Of a stretch of DNA of 46,082 bases, positions 1 through 10,836 are shown piece by piece (positions within the stretch are counted from its first letter, which is position 1; each line of letters starts with the position of its first letter). A program made the translations under genes and the position numbers. The notes beneath the pieces were generated by a model. It searched no databases. It saw only the letters and a program-made list of their open reading frames with translations, and was not told the origin of the DNA. Source of the DNA: Terriglobia bacterium (GTDB lineage: Bacteria; Acidobacteriota; Terriglobia; UBA7540); contig DASSJE010000504.1 of assembly GCA_035691365.1 (NCBI GenBank), forward strand, positions 1 through 46,082, read 5' to 3'.

Positions 1-452
1 GCCGCACCGTGAATCAGCACCCGCTCGCCGGGCTTGACCTTTGCTGAACCGTGCAGCATCTGGTACGCCGTGATGTAGTTCAGGATAAGGCTGACGGCTT
101 CGGCAGGGTCCAGGCCAGGCGGCACCGGAACCAGTTCACGGTGCGGCAGGCAGATGAACTCCGCATACGCGCCGTGGATTGGCATCGCGGCAACTGTCTG
201 CCCCGGTTCGAATCCGGACACGCCGTCGCCCAATCGGTCCACCACGCCAACCAGGTCCCAACCTGGCGTGAAAGGCACCGGAGGCGTTTCAGGATGAATA
301 CCTTCGCGAGCCATGATGTCCGGCAACGAAACGCCGGCGACCAGCACTCGCACGCGGACTTCACCAGCCTTCGGCTCCGGACACTCTTCTTGTACCGCCT
401 GCAGTGCGTCGGGCCCGCCGTAATGCGTGACAAGAATGCGGGTGTGTCTCAT
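1..452 (-). CDS. Zinc-type alcohol dehydrogenase / quinone oxidoreductase (MDR superfamily), N-terminal part; the 3' end runs off the window
   Basis: Absent from the ORF track because it is open at the window edge. Reverse complement from the ATG at 452-450 reads MRHTRILVTHYGGPDALQAVQEECPEPKAGEVRVRVLVAGVSLPDIMAREG...LNYITAYQMLHGSAKVKPGERVLIHGA. This is the typical GroES-like N-domain of MDR/quinone oxidoreductases. Confidence 0.8.
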   Translation of the reverse strand, partial: MRHTRILVTHYGGPDALQAVQEECPEPKAGEVRVRVLVAGVSLPDIMAREGIHPETPPVPFTPGWDLVGVVDRLGDGVSGFEPGQTVAAMPIHGAYAEFICLPHRELVPVPPGLDPAEAVSLILNYITAYQMLHGSAKVKPGERVLIHGA

Positions 453-693
453 GGACAGCTAGCCTTGAAAGGCGCCGTGCAAAAACCTGATAAGAATGAA
501 ATCAAAGGGTTGAACCTGGCTCGCACCCACTGGGATTCTCCTTCCTGAACGCCGGATTGGGGCCCAAACCAGTAGGGGAATGACGCTGGAAGCCAGTATA
601 CGGCCATCCCCGGAAATTGGAAACGGAAATGGGAGCGAAGCGCCCAGGACGCCTCGAACCTGGCAAATATGGACCGCCTGGGACGGAATTTGC

Positions 694-722
694 TTGACTT
701 CCGTGGCCTAGCATGGTAGTCT
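694..722 (+). promoter_or_regulatory. Candidate sigma70-type promoter (TTGACT - 17 nt - TAGTCT) pointing into the repeat island and folP
   Basis: TTGACT at 694-699, an exactly 17-nt spacer, and TAGTCT (TAnnnT) at 717-722. Match by eye only. Confidence 0.3.
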
Positions 723-785
723 TATTTTGCCCGTTGGAGGGACGGGTTGCGGGCGAGAAATAAAAAAAAGATATCTTATTTCGGA

Positions 786-960
786 AAACGAAGCCAAGAA
801 GTTGTTGAAAACAAAGGGGAAGACTACATATGTTAGTCGAAACGAACCCAAAACGAACCCAAGAAGTCCTTTAGATTTGAACCTATGGAAAAAACGAACC
901 CAAAAACGAACCCAAGAAGTCCTTTAGAATCAGAGTCGGCTAAAAACGAACCCAAGGAAA
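786..960. repeat. AT-rich island of phased direct repeats with core ACGAACCCAA
   Basis: A 36-nt unit AAACGAACCCAAAACGAACCCAAGAAGTCCTTTAGA at 840-875 recurs at 892-928 with one extra A. Core copies start at 842, 853, 894, 906 and 946, plus a one-mismatch copy ACGAAGCCAAG at 788. The plus strand is strongly A-rich in an otherwise GC-rich window. Confidence 0.85.
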
Positions 961-1158
961 ATCCAGTTTGGGCGTAGCCCGTTTCAGCAATTTTGCCACA
1001 CTGCACGCCGGAACACCTCCCGCCCGGCAGCCCTGAAGTCCTGCTGCACCGTTGACACCGCGCCTGCCATTGGGCACTCTGGAACATCGTGCCGTTAACT
1101 TCAGAACCTGAACCAATAAGCCGCTCCACCCGGCAATGAAGGGGCGTTCCTGGCGAAA

Positions 1159-2109
1159 ATGAACACTCGACCGCATTTCGAAATCAGGGTGATGGGCCGG
1201 AAGGTGCAACTCGGCGAGCACACGCTCATCATGGGCGTGCTGAACGCCACGCCGGACTCTTTTTCCGACGGCGGGCTCTATCTCGACCCTGCTGCGGCCA
1301 TCCGCCGCGGCGTGGAGATGGCGCAGCACGGCGCCGACTGGATTGACGTGGGCGGCGAATCGACTCGCCCGGGCTCGCGGCCCGTCAGCGCTGAAGAAGA
1401 GCTGGCGCGAGTGCTGCCGGTCATCAAGGGCCTGCGCCGCAGGCTGCCTTCCGTTCCCGTTTCGATTGACACCACCAAGGCCGCAGTAGCCGAGCGAGCT
1501 GTGGAAGCTGGCGCCGCCATTTTGAACGACATCAGTGGCCTGCGGTTTGAGCCCCGCCTGGCGGAGGTGGCGCGGGCCAGCGGCTGCCCGCTCATCCTGA
1601 TGCACATTCGCGGAAGGCCGCGCGACATGCAGCAAAGACCCTTCGCAAAATCGATCTGGCGTTCGCTGGAAGAAGGCCTGGCGGGTTCCATCCGGCGCGC
1701 GCTGGCGCACGGTGTCAACCGCCGGCAACTGGTTCTCGACCCCGGCCTGGGCTTTGGAAAGACACGCCGGCAAAACTTCGAGATCCTGGCCCGCCTCGAC
1801 CGGCTTCAACATTTCGGGCTGCCTCTGCTGGTGGGCAGTTCGCGTAAATCGTTTATGCAGGCCGTTGTGAGCGGTGAAGGGCTCGTGCCGCGCCCATCCG
1901 CCAAAGGCCGCCGCGCCCGCAAGGCCGCGTTCGCAGACAAGAATCTGCTCTCCTCCCTGCCCTTTGGCGACGCGGCCGCCGTGACTGCCGCCATCCTGAA
2001 CGGTGCGCACATTGTGCGGGTGCACGACGTGGAGCGGATGGCGCCTGCTGTGCGGATTGCCGACGCCATAGTGCAATCCATCAGCCGCGGCGATCCACGA
2101 GGCGCATGA
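1159..2109 (+). CDS. folP: Dihydropteroate synthase
   Basis: LIMGVLNATPDSFSDGG, DVGGESTRPG and a C-terminal VRVHDV motif are classic FolP (pterin-binding TIM barrel) signatures. The long antisense ORF is a GC shadow. Confidence 0.92.
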   Translation: MNTRPHFEIRVMGRKVQLGEHTLIMGVLNATPDSFSDGGLYLDPAAAIRRGVEMAQHGADWIDVGGESTRPGSRPVSAEEELARVLPVIKGLRRRLPSVPVSIDTTKAAVAERAVEAGAAILNDISGLRFEPRLAEVARASGCPLILMHIRGRPRDMQQRPFAKSIWRSLEEGLAGSIRRALAHGVNRRQLVLDPGLGFGKTRRQNFEILARLDRLQHFGLPLLVGSSRKSFMQAVVSGEGLVPRPSAKGRRARKAAFADKNLLSSLPFGDAAAVTAAILNGAHIVRVHDVERMAPAVRIADAIVQSISRGDPRGA

Positions 2110-2171
2110 TTGCGAAGAAGAAGAAAATGACCGGGGTCATCTTGAAAAACTACATGCGGGGGAATGCCGCG

Positions 2172-3647
2172 TCAGCGTCCTGGCGGAGGCTGGAATTCCA
2201 GGCCGAAGGGTTCCTGCAAACCTTTTTGGACCGCGCTCATGGCTTCCGGGTACCGGCCGGCGGTGAGAGACGCGGCGCGATACTGAGCGAGGGCCTTGTT
2301 GCGGCTGCCGTTGACGTCATCCAGGCGGCCGAGGTAGATGTGAGACCAGGTCACAATGCGCAGGTCATTGGCGACGCTCAAGGTTTCTTCAAAGTATTTC
2401 CGGGCGATATCCGGCTTGCCGGTGCTGCTGGCCACCACAGCCAGGCCAAACAGGGCGCGCTCGCTTTTCGGGTCGCTGCCGAGGACCTGCTGGAACGTTG
2501 CCTTCGCCGCATCGTAGTTCCCGGAATAGATGTCGTTGTCGCCGGCATCGAGTTGCCGCTCTTTTGCCGTGAGGTCGGAAGCCGCCGAAGTCGCGGCCGG
2601 TTTCGGGGGCTCTGTAAATTTCACCTTGCCGAGGCGCAGCGCCTCCTCGGCCGGATTGATGCCCTTGATCATCTGCTCGTAGTAGCTGAGCATCGAGGCG
2701 TCCTGCTTTTCAAACTGCTGCAGGGCGTCATAAAAATAAGGCGCCAGGATAAACCCTGCGGAGGTCATCTGCTGGATCTGCCTGGCCGCATCCGGCGCAG
2801 GCACGTTATCCATCTGCAATTCAACCGCACCAATGAGGCATTCGGTCACCAGCAGCGAGAAGTCCGCCTTGTAGTCGCTTCGCAGCGCCGGCGCTTTCCT
2901 TGCCAGCGCCTCGAGCGCAGAGGCCTGGTGGATGTCCGGGCCGTATTTCACCGCCAGAGGGTCCAGCAGGAAGTGGAGATACTGGTGGCGGATGTCGTGG
3001 ATGCGGAGCTTGTCCGACGGCGTGATCACCAGGTAATAGTTCGGGCCGTAGATGCGGGCCTGGACCTGGTTCGGCGCGCCCAGAAGGTTCAGATAAATCG
3101 TGTAGGTCCGGCCGAGGTAGGAACCGGCGGGAAAACGAAGATAGGCATCGGTCAGCTCGATGCTCCGGCGCACCGGAGAGCTGTAGCGTTCGATGTCGGT
3201 GTTGAAATCAATCTTGGCGCGGGCCCAAAGGTCGATCATGTCCGCCTGGTTGTAAAACAGCTTGAGCAGGGGAACCAGGCCGGCAACGTTCTTGGCGTCG
3301 GGCGGAAGGTCAGCCTGGGCCACCGTGAACTTGAAATCGGGGGGAGGTCCCAGCAGCAGGGCAAGGGAGATGTATTGCCCCAGGTTCCGCCCCGGGTCAC
3401 TGACGCGGTGGCCCTCATAGAACTTCCGGATGTCGGAAATGACGGGAATGTTCTTGCCCGCCAGGTCCGCGCGGACAGTTTCGCGGGCGTTGCCGGCGGG
3501 GCCCGTTCCCAGGCCCGCGTTGTAACCTGCCTCGTTGAGCGCCGCAAGCACGCAAAAAAGCTGCTCGCTCGGTTGAATCAGGACCTTTCCCTGTTGCGCC
3601 CCGGAAGACAAGGGCAGCAACAGCACGATGAGCAGGAGAATCGCCAT
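2172..3647 (-). CDS. Secreted hypothetical protein with C-terminal TPR-like repeats
   Basis: The internal ATG at 3647 gives MAILLLIVLLLPLSSGAQQ, a signal peptide. The C-terminal third has TPR-like helices (NYDAAKATFQQVL..., ALFGLAVV..., ARKYFEETL). It lies co-directional and downstream of the sigma/anti-sigma pair. The start is chosen over the upstream ATG at 3740. Confidence 0.7.
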   Translation of the reverse strand: MAILLLIVLLLPLSSGAQQGKVLIQPSEQLFCVLAALNEAGYNAGLGTGPAGNARETVRADLAGKNIPVISDIRKFYEGHRVSDPGRNLGQYISLALLLGPPPDFKFTVAQADLPPDAKNVAGLVPLLKLFYNQADMIDLWARAKIDFNTDIERYSSPVRRSIELTDAYLRFPAGSYLGRTYTIYLNLLGAPNQVQARIYGPNYYLVITPSDKLRIHDIRHQYLHFLLDPLAVKYGPDIHQASALEALARKAPALRSDYKADFSLLVTECLIGAVELQMDNVPAPDAARQIQQMTSAGFILAPYFYDALQQFEKQDASMLSYYEQMIKGINPAEEALRLGKVKFTEPPKPAATSAASDLTAKERQLDAGDNDIYSGNYDAAKATFQQVLGSDPKSERALFGLAVVASSTGKPDIARKYFEETLSVANDLRIVTWSHIYLGRLDDVNGSRNKALAQYRAASLTAGRYPEAMSAVQKGLQEPFGLEFQPPPGR

Positions 3648-3745
3648 GCTGCGGCAGGCACGAGGAAGTGGATTTTTCTGCCTGAGAGTTCCTGGACTTT
3701 GCAGGAGGTAGAGGAAAGGATTCCAGCGTCTTAAATGCAAGCAGC

Positions 3746-4399
3746 CTAACCTCGGACCGTAATTGTTCGGGCCGGGAGTGAAAGGATCACCTGGCCGCTG
3801 GTAGGCCGCCCGAAGGAGGTGGCGGGTTCAAACAGAGTGTAATACATCATCTGGTCAAGGCGCTGAATCAGCCCTGGAGACTCCTGCCCGGAAATGATCT
3901 CCCACGACGTGACCCTGCCCTCCGCGTTGACGTTGGTCATCAGAAGCACCGGCTGCGCTCCGACGTCAAATTTCATCGGGGCCATCTCCTGAATACGTGG
4001 CGGCGTGATCAGTGGGACATCAGGGATATTGCTGGTCTGGGGTGCTCCCGTCCCCAGCATCACGACAATGCAGATCAGCGCGACCAGGGCGCCGGCAACG
4101 GAGGGGAACCAGACCGGCCGGAACACATTTTCCAGGCGGACGATAAGCCGCTGGAGAAGGTCGCGGTGCAACTCCTGGGACATCTGCACCCGCAAACGCA
4201 ATGCAAGTTCCGGCGACACGCGCTGCCGCAGCAACCGGTGGAGCTCGGAATGAAGGCTTTCGTACCGGTCCAGTTCTGCGGCACAGGGAGCGCAATGCGC
4301 CAGATGATAACGGACCGAGTGGATGGTTTCGACCGGGCAAACGCCGTCCATGTAGTCCGAAAAGTGGCCGCGAATTTCCGTGCAAGTTTCGAAGATCAT
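3746..4399 (-). CDS. Anti-sigma factor, zinc-finger (ZAS, HxxxCxxC) type, single-pass membrane protein
   Basis: N-terminal YHLAHCAPC matches H-x3-C-x2-C. There is a central hydrophobic helix (WFPSVAGALVALICIVVMLG). A 4-nt ATGA overlap links it to the upstream ECF sigma gene. Confidence 0.8.
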   Translation of the reverse strand: MIFETCTEIRGHFSDYMDGVCPVETIHSVRYHLAHCAPCAAELDRYESLHSELHRLLRQRVSPELALRLRVQMSQELHRDLLQRLIVRLENVFRPVWFPSVAGALVALICIVVMLGTGAPQTSNIPDVPLITPPRIQEMAPMKFDVGAQPVLLMTNVNAEGRVTSWEIISGQESPGLIQRLDQMMYYTLFEPATSFGRPTSGQVILSLPARTITVRG

Positions 4400-5031
4400 A
4401 ATGCCCCGCTCAATCGGGGGGCTAGTTTGCGCTTCAGCGTCTCGCGCCCTCGCCGCAAACGGGACTTGACAGTCCCTTCGGCTATCCCCAGCACCTCGGC
4501 AATTTCTTCGTAAGCGAGCCCTTCAATTTCTCTCAGCACCACGACTGTGCGGTAAGGTTCAGCGAGGGCCGCGAGAGCACGTTTGACCTCAGCCTGGCAC
4601 TCTGCCTGTTCGTATACGCTGAAGGGTGTCTCGCGCCCGCTCCGATAAATCGACGCCTGCACGTTTAAATGCAGGGTCTCGTCATCGGTCGAATAAGCCT
4701 CGTGGAAAAGACGGCGACGCCAGCTCCGGCGATGGTTGGACGCCTCATGAACGGCAATGCGGTAAATCCAGGTTTTCAGGCTGCTGTGGCCATTGAACTG
4801 CCGGATGCCGCGCAGAATCTTGAGCAGCACGTTCTGGAGAACATCGGAAGCCTCACCCTGCTCAGCCACCATGTGGGAAATCAGGTTAAACAGCGGGTTT
4901 TGATAGACGGCCAGAAGATAGGCAAACGCCTCCTCCGAACCCGCCTTCAACTCCGCCACCAATGCGGCTTCGTCGCTGACTACGGGAGCCGTTTGATCGA
5001 GAGCGACACCTATTGATCGTATCGTGTCCAC
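4396..5031 (-). CDS. ECF-family RNA polymerase sigma factor (sigma-70 regions 2 and 4)
   Basis: Region 2 is FAYLLAVYQNPLFNLISHMV...LKTWIYRIAVHEASNHRR. Region 4.2 is REIEGLAYEEIAEVLGIAEGTVKSRLRRGRETL. I place the start at the GTG at 5031, preceded by GGGGG. The ORF-track start at 5229 would overlap the glutaredoxin-like gene and add about 65 atypical residues. Confidence 0.85.
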   Translation of the reverse strand: MDTIRSIGVALDQTAPVVSDEAALVAELKAGSEEAFAYLLAVYQNPLFNLISHMVAEQGEASDVLQNVLLKILRGIRQFNGHSSLKTWIYRIAVHEASNHRRSWRRRLFHEAYSTDDETLHLNVQASIYRSGRETPFSVYEQAECQAEVKRALAALAEPYRTVVVLREIEGLAYEEIAEVLGIAEGTVKSRLRRGRETLKRKLAPRLSGAL

Positions 5032-5209
5032 TACACCCCCAAGATAGCAGTTTCGGACCTGCAGAGCAAGGCGAAGTAGGATTTCACTTGGAGGGATTTT
5101 TTGCGCGGTCTGCGTGGCGGTTTTTGCAAGGCGAGCGGCCGAGGACAAGGCCTCAATGCCGGGCACACAAAAGTCCTGCGCACAGAGATGCCTTTTCGGC
5201 GCTGCTGAT

Positions 5210-5458
5210 TCAGGTGATACCCAGTTCACGCATCAGCCGGGAGGGATCAAACGGAGAACAGTTAAAAGTTCGGCCCCCGATTTCAAACGTTGGCACCCGC
5301 CGCTTACCTTCATTGACGCTCATGATGAATTCCGCGGCGTGGGGAACATCTTCAATGTTGATTTCTTCAACTTCCAGCCCTTGCCGCTTGAGAAACTGCT
5401 TGGCACGCCAGCAGTCAGGGCACCAGGAAGTTGTGTACATCCGGATTTTTCGGTCCAC
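5210..5458 (-). CDS. Glutaredoxin-like / NrdH-mycoredoxin-like small thiol oxidoreductase
   Basis: An 82-aa thioredoxin-fold pattern: IRMYTTSWCPDCWRAKQFL (CxxC) followed by RRVPTFEIGG. Confidence 0.8.
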   Translation of the reverse strand: MDRKIRMYTTSWCPDCWRAKQFLKRQGLEVEEINIEDVPHAAEFIMSVNEGKRRVPTFEIGGRTFNCSPFDPSRLMRELGIT

Positions 5459-5495
5459 AGTTCACCCAACCTTACTCATTCACCAAAGTAACAAC

Positions 5496-5560
5496 ATGCA
5501 AAAATATCAAATCCCATCGCCGGCTGCCGCAAACAGGCGCCATTCTGCAATCGGCGATGG
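5496..5560 (-). terminator. Possible intrinsic terminator after atpC
   Basis: A 9-bp inverted repeat, ccatcgccg (5514-5522) / cggcgatgg (5552-5560), is followed on the minus strand by GATTTGATATTTTTGCAT. The loop is long (29 nt), so this is weak. Confidence 0.3.
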
Positions 5561-5596
5561 AAGCAGGCCAATCCGAACAAGAAGTGAAGGGACAAT

Positions 5597-6022
5597 TCAT
5601 GACCGTGCATGGTGGGCGGTTTCCAGGCGACAGATGGCACGGCGCAAATCATCGCGGGCTTTCTCAATTTCAGGGTCTGTCGCGGGGTGTGATTTCAGAT
5701 ATTCTTCCACGCGCTTCCGCTTGCTCTCCGCCCGCTCGACGTCGATATCCTCCGCGCGCTCGGCAATTTCCGCCAGCACAATCACGCGGTCCGGCAGGAC
5801 CTCGGCGAACCCCCAATGGATGGCCACGTAGCGTCTTTTACTGTCTTGCCGGTACTCGAGTGTTCCAGCCTGAAGTTCCGTCAGAAGAGGGGCGTGGCCT
5901 GGAAGGGCGCCCAGATAGCCATCTTTGCCGGGGATGGAAACCTCGTCCACTTCTTCTTCGGTGATCTCGCGGTCCGGAGTGACAATCTGCAGCCGGATTT
6001 TTGTGGGAAGCATATCAGCCAT
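5597..6022 (-). CDS. atpC: F1 ATP synthase epsilon subunit
   Basis: LQIVTPDREI...VSIPGKDGYLGALPGHAPLLT is the typical epsilon N-terminal beta-sandwich. It is the last gene of the atp operon. Confidence 0.9.
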   Translation of the reverse strand: MADMLPTKIRLQIVTPDREITEEEVDEVSIPGKDGYLGALPGHAPLLTELQAGTLEYRQDSKRRYVAIHWGFAEVLPDRVIVLAEIAERAEDIDVERAESKRKRVEEYLKSHPATDPEIEKARDDLRRAICRLETAHHARS

Positions 6023-6069
6023 AATATTATCGCGCGAGAACCCCGGACCTTGAGGGCCCGGCGGGACCC

Positions 6070-8441
<2,372 letters not shown>

Positions 8442-8459
8442 TTTTCTCCCGCCTCACAC

Positions 8460-9992
8460 TTACACTTTTGCGGCTTCGCGCTTTGCCTGGAACTGCTGCT
8501 TGTATTTCTCAAGCATGCTCTTGATTTCGGAGCGCAGTTGATCATCAAGCTGCTTCTTCTCGATAATCTTCCTTCCAATTTCCGGGGAAGACGAATCCAT
8601 GAACTCGTAGAGCCCGTTTTCAAAAGGGCGGCACTCTTCAACTTCCAGATCGTCAAGAAAACCCATGGTGCCGGCGAGTATTGTCACAATCTGTTTCTCT
8701 ACCGGCAAGGGCTTGTACTGGTCCTGCTTCAGAACTTCCGTCAGACGCTGACCGCGCCGCAACTGCGCCTGCGAGGCCCGGTCCAGGTCACTCGCGAATT
8801 GCGCGAAAGCCGCCAGGGCGCGATATTGGGCAAGGTCCAGGCGCAACGTCCCGGCCACCTGCTTCATCGCCTTGATCTGGGCGTTGCCACCTACACGCGA
8901 AACAGAAAGCCCCACGTTAATGGCGGGACGGATGCCGCTGTTGAACAGGTCCGTCTCAAGGTAGATCTGGCCATCAGTGATGGAGATAACATTGGTTGGA
9001 ATGTAGGCGGAGATATCACCCGCCTGCGTTTCGATGATCGGGAGGGCCGTCAGAGAACCCGCGCCCAGTTTCTGATTCAGCTTTGCGGCCCGCTCCAGAA
9101 GCCGGGAATGCAGGTAAAAAACATCGCCGGGGTACGCCTCGCGCCCCGGCGGACGCCTCAACAGCAGGGAGATTTCACGGTAAGCGACGGCATGCTTTGA
9201 AAGATCGTCGTAAATCAGGAGCGCGTGCCCACCCTTGTCACGGAAATACTCGCCGATCGCGCACCCTGCGTACGGCGCTAGGTATTGCAGCGGGGCAGGG
9301 TCCGTGGAACTGGCCTCGACGACAATGGAATACTCCATGGCGCCGTTTTGATCGAGTGTCTTGATCACCTGGGCGACCGTTGAGCGCTTCTGCCCGATTG
9401 CAACGTAGATGCAGATAACATCGCCGCCACGCTGGTTGAGGATGGTGTCAATCGCAACCGCCGTCTTGCCAGTCTGGCGGTCGCCAATAATCAATTCGCG
9501 CTGGCCGCGGCCGATTGGAATCATCGTATCGATGCCCTTCAGGCCCGTTTGCAGCGGCTCGCGAACAGGCTGCCGGTCAACTACGCCGGGGGCAATCGTC
9601 TCAAGAGGGTTAAACGCCTTCGTAGCAATGGGGCCCTTGCCGTCAGTAGGCCGCCCCAGAGGGTTCACAACGCGGCCCACCAGTGCCTCGCCCACCGGGA
9701 CCGATATGATGCGCCCGGTCCGCTTGACCACGTCTCCTTCTTCAATTTTGGTGTAATCCCCCAGCAGCACCGCGCTGACCTGATCTTCTTCCAGGTTGAG
9801 GGCAAGGCCCGACACGCCGTGGGGAAGTTCCAGCAGCTCGGTCGCCATCACGTTCTCGAGCCCGTGAATGCGCGCCACTCCGTCGCCCACGGACATCACC
9901 GTACCGACCTCGCTTACGCTGACCGTACGGTCAAAATTTTCGATCTGCTCCCGGATAATTCCGGTAATTTCATCTGGTCTGATTTTTGCCAT
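8460..9992 (-). CDS. atpA: F1 ATP synthase alpha subunit
   Basis: Contains GDRQTGKT (Walker A), the alpha-type N-terminus [17 protein letters not shown], and [14 protein letters not shown]. Confidence 0.97.
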   Translation of the reverse strand: MAKIRPDEITGIIREQIENFDRTVSVSEVGTVMSVGDGVARIHGLENVMATELLELPHGVSGLALNLEEDQVSAVLLGDYTKIEEGDVVKRTGRIISVPVGEALVGRVVNPLGRPTDGKGPIATKAFNPLETIAPGVVDRQPVREPLQTGLKGIDTMIPIGRGQRELIIGDRQTGKTAVAIDTILNQRGGDVICIYVAIGQKRSTVAQVIKTLDQNGAMEYSIVVEASSTDPAPLQYLAPYAGCAIGEYFRDKGGHALLIYDDLSKHAVAYREISLLLRRPPGREAYPGDVFYLHSRLLERAAKLNQKLGAGSLTALPIIETQAGDISAYIPTNVISITDGQIYLETDLFNSGIRPAINVGLSVSRVGGNAQIKAMKQVAGTLRLDLAQYRALAAFAQFASDLDRASQAQLRRGQRLTEVLKQDQYKPLPVEKQIVTILAGTMGFLDDLEVEECRPFENGLYEFMDSSSPEIGRKIIEKKQLDDQLRSEIKSMLEKYKQQFQAKREAAKV

Positions 9993-10120
9993 ATTTATAT
10001 GCTTTCGCGCGCTTCAAAATTTGCCGGTCCCTCCGCTGCGAATCTGGCAGCGCCTGCGGCCAGTCCACTCAAATTTTAAGTTCTATCCTGAAGCAGGCCA
10101 CGGAAGATGTGTGCCGTGCC

Positions 10121-10167
10121 AAAACTGAAGGAGAAGAAAAGTCTTCTTCAGGAGGTGGTTCTCCTTC
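10121..10167 (-). terminator. Hairpin plus short U tract inside the atpH-atpA spacer (possible attenuator, partial terminator or processing site)
   Basis: Minus-strand RNA is GAAGGAGAA-N23-UUCUCCUUC-AG-UUUU (arms 10159-10167 and 10127-10135). An alternative CUGAAG/CUUCAG stem ends directly at the UUUU. Confidence 0.3.
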
Positions 10168-10228
10168 CAACGCCGTGCGCCACTCCGCCGTGAGCTTTGA
10201 AATCGCCAAAAACTTTTTCTTGGTCCGG

Positions 10229-10768
10229 TTATGCAGATGTCAACCGCCCCCGAAGACGCTCCAGGTACCCCTGGGCGGAGCCATCATAAATCGTGCTGCC
10301 AACCCGGGCCTGGATTCCGCCCAGCAATTTCTCCTCACGACGGAATTTCATTTCCACTTTTTTGCCTGTCAACTCTGCGAACTTCCTCCGAAGCGTCTCC
10401 TGCTCATCTGGGGTCAGGTCCTGCGCATATGAAACCTGGACTTCAATAATTCCCAGCCGCTCGTTAGCGGCCTTCTGAAAGGCCTCCAGGACTTCTTCCA
10501 GCAGGGAGATCCGGTAGTTCACCAGCAGGACCCGAAGAAAGTTTCCCGCTGTAACTGAAACCTCCAGCTTTTGGATGACGGCGTCCAGCACGGCGCGTTT
10601 CTGCTCGACCGGAATCGTCGGGCTGGTCAAAACCTGCCGCAGGTCATCGCTCTCCCGCCAGACACCGGCAAAATCTTCCAGTTCCCGCTGCATGGCGCCA
10701 ACGTCGCCCTGCGCGCCCAGCACTTCCGCAAGCGCTCGCGCATAACGACTGGCAATGGCCATTGACAT
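10229..10768 (-). CDS. atpH: F1 ATP synthase delta (OSCP) subunit
   Basis: 179 aa starting IASRYARALAEV, OSCP-like helical pattern, and its position between the b and alpha genes. Confidence 0.85.
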   Translation of the reverse strand: MSMAIASRYARALAEVLGAQGDVGAMQRELEDFAGVWRESDDLRQVLTSPTIPVEQKRAVLDAVIQKLEVSVTAGNFLRVLLVNYRISLLEEVLEAFQKAANERLGIIEVQVSYAQDLTPDEQETLRRKFAELTGKKVEMKFRREEKLLGGIQARVGSTIYDGSAQGYLERLRGRLTSA

Positions 10769-10836
10769 AATTCTTTATCCCTTCGCCCTTCCTTGCATAC
10801 CAGGGGGAATGACGTTTCCAGGTTTAACTCTGACGC

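Noticed and set aside
203-217. tRNA T-arm-like sequence CCGGTTCGAATCCGG
   Set aside because: It lies inside the MDR dehydrogenase CDS, where it encodes GFEPG on the other strand. No complementary acceptor stem, D-arm or anticodon arm can be built around it.
674-683. CCGCCTGGGA resembling the 3' conserved segment of the ZTP (pfl) riboswitch, upstream of a folate gene
   Set aside because: I could not find the 5' subdomain consensus (GACUGGCG...ACCGGGG) in register. The site lies upstream of the only promoter-like element and 480 nt from folP. This is a short chance match until a covariance-model scan says otherwise.
840-928. Possible mini-CRISPR array
   Set aside because: There are only two 36/37-nt copies with a 16-nt spacer, the repeats are not palindromic, and there is no cas gene in the window. 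The sub-repeat phasing fits binding sites or an RNA motif better.
940-2076. 378-aa minus-strand ORF antisense to folP
   Set aside because: The plus frame carries unmistakable FolP motifs. The antisense product is an Arg/Gly/Ala-rich GC shadow.
2106-3734. 542-aa plus-strand ORF mirroring the 522-aa minus-strand ORF
   Set aside because: It is R/G/V/A-rich and has no signal or motifs, the typical antisense shadow of a high-GC gene. The minus-strand frame has a signal peptide, balanced composition and TPR-like repeats.
4396-5229. Full 277-aa version of the ECF sigma ORF
   Set aside because: The extra N-terminal ~65 residues overlap the glutaredoxin-like CDS and exceed typical ECF length. A GTG with a G-rich SD at 5031 gives a normal 211-aa sigma.
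5013-5831. 272-aa plus-strand ORF spanning the redoxin and atpC region
   Set aside because: It is antisense to two genes with clear signatures (a CxxC redoxin and ATP synthase epsilon), is S/R-rich, and has no motifs.
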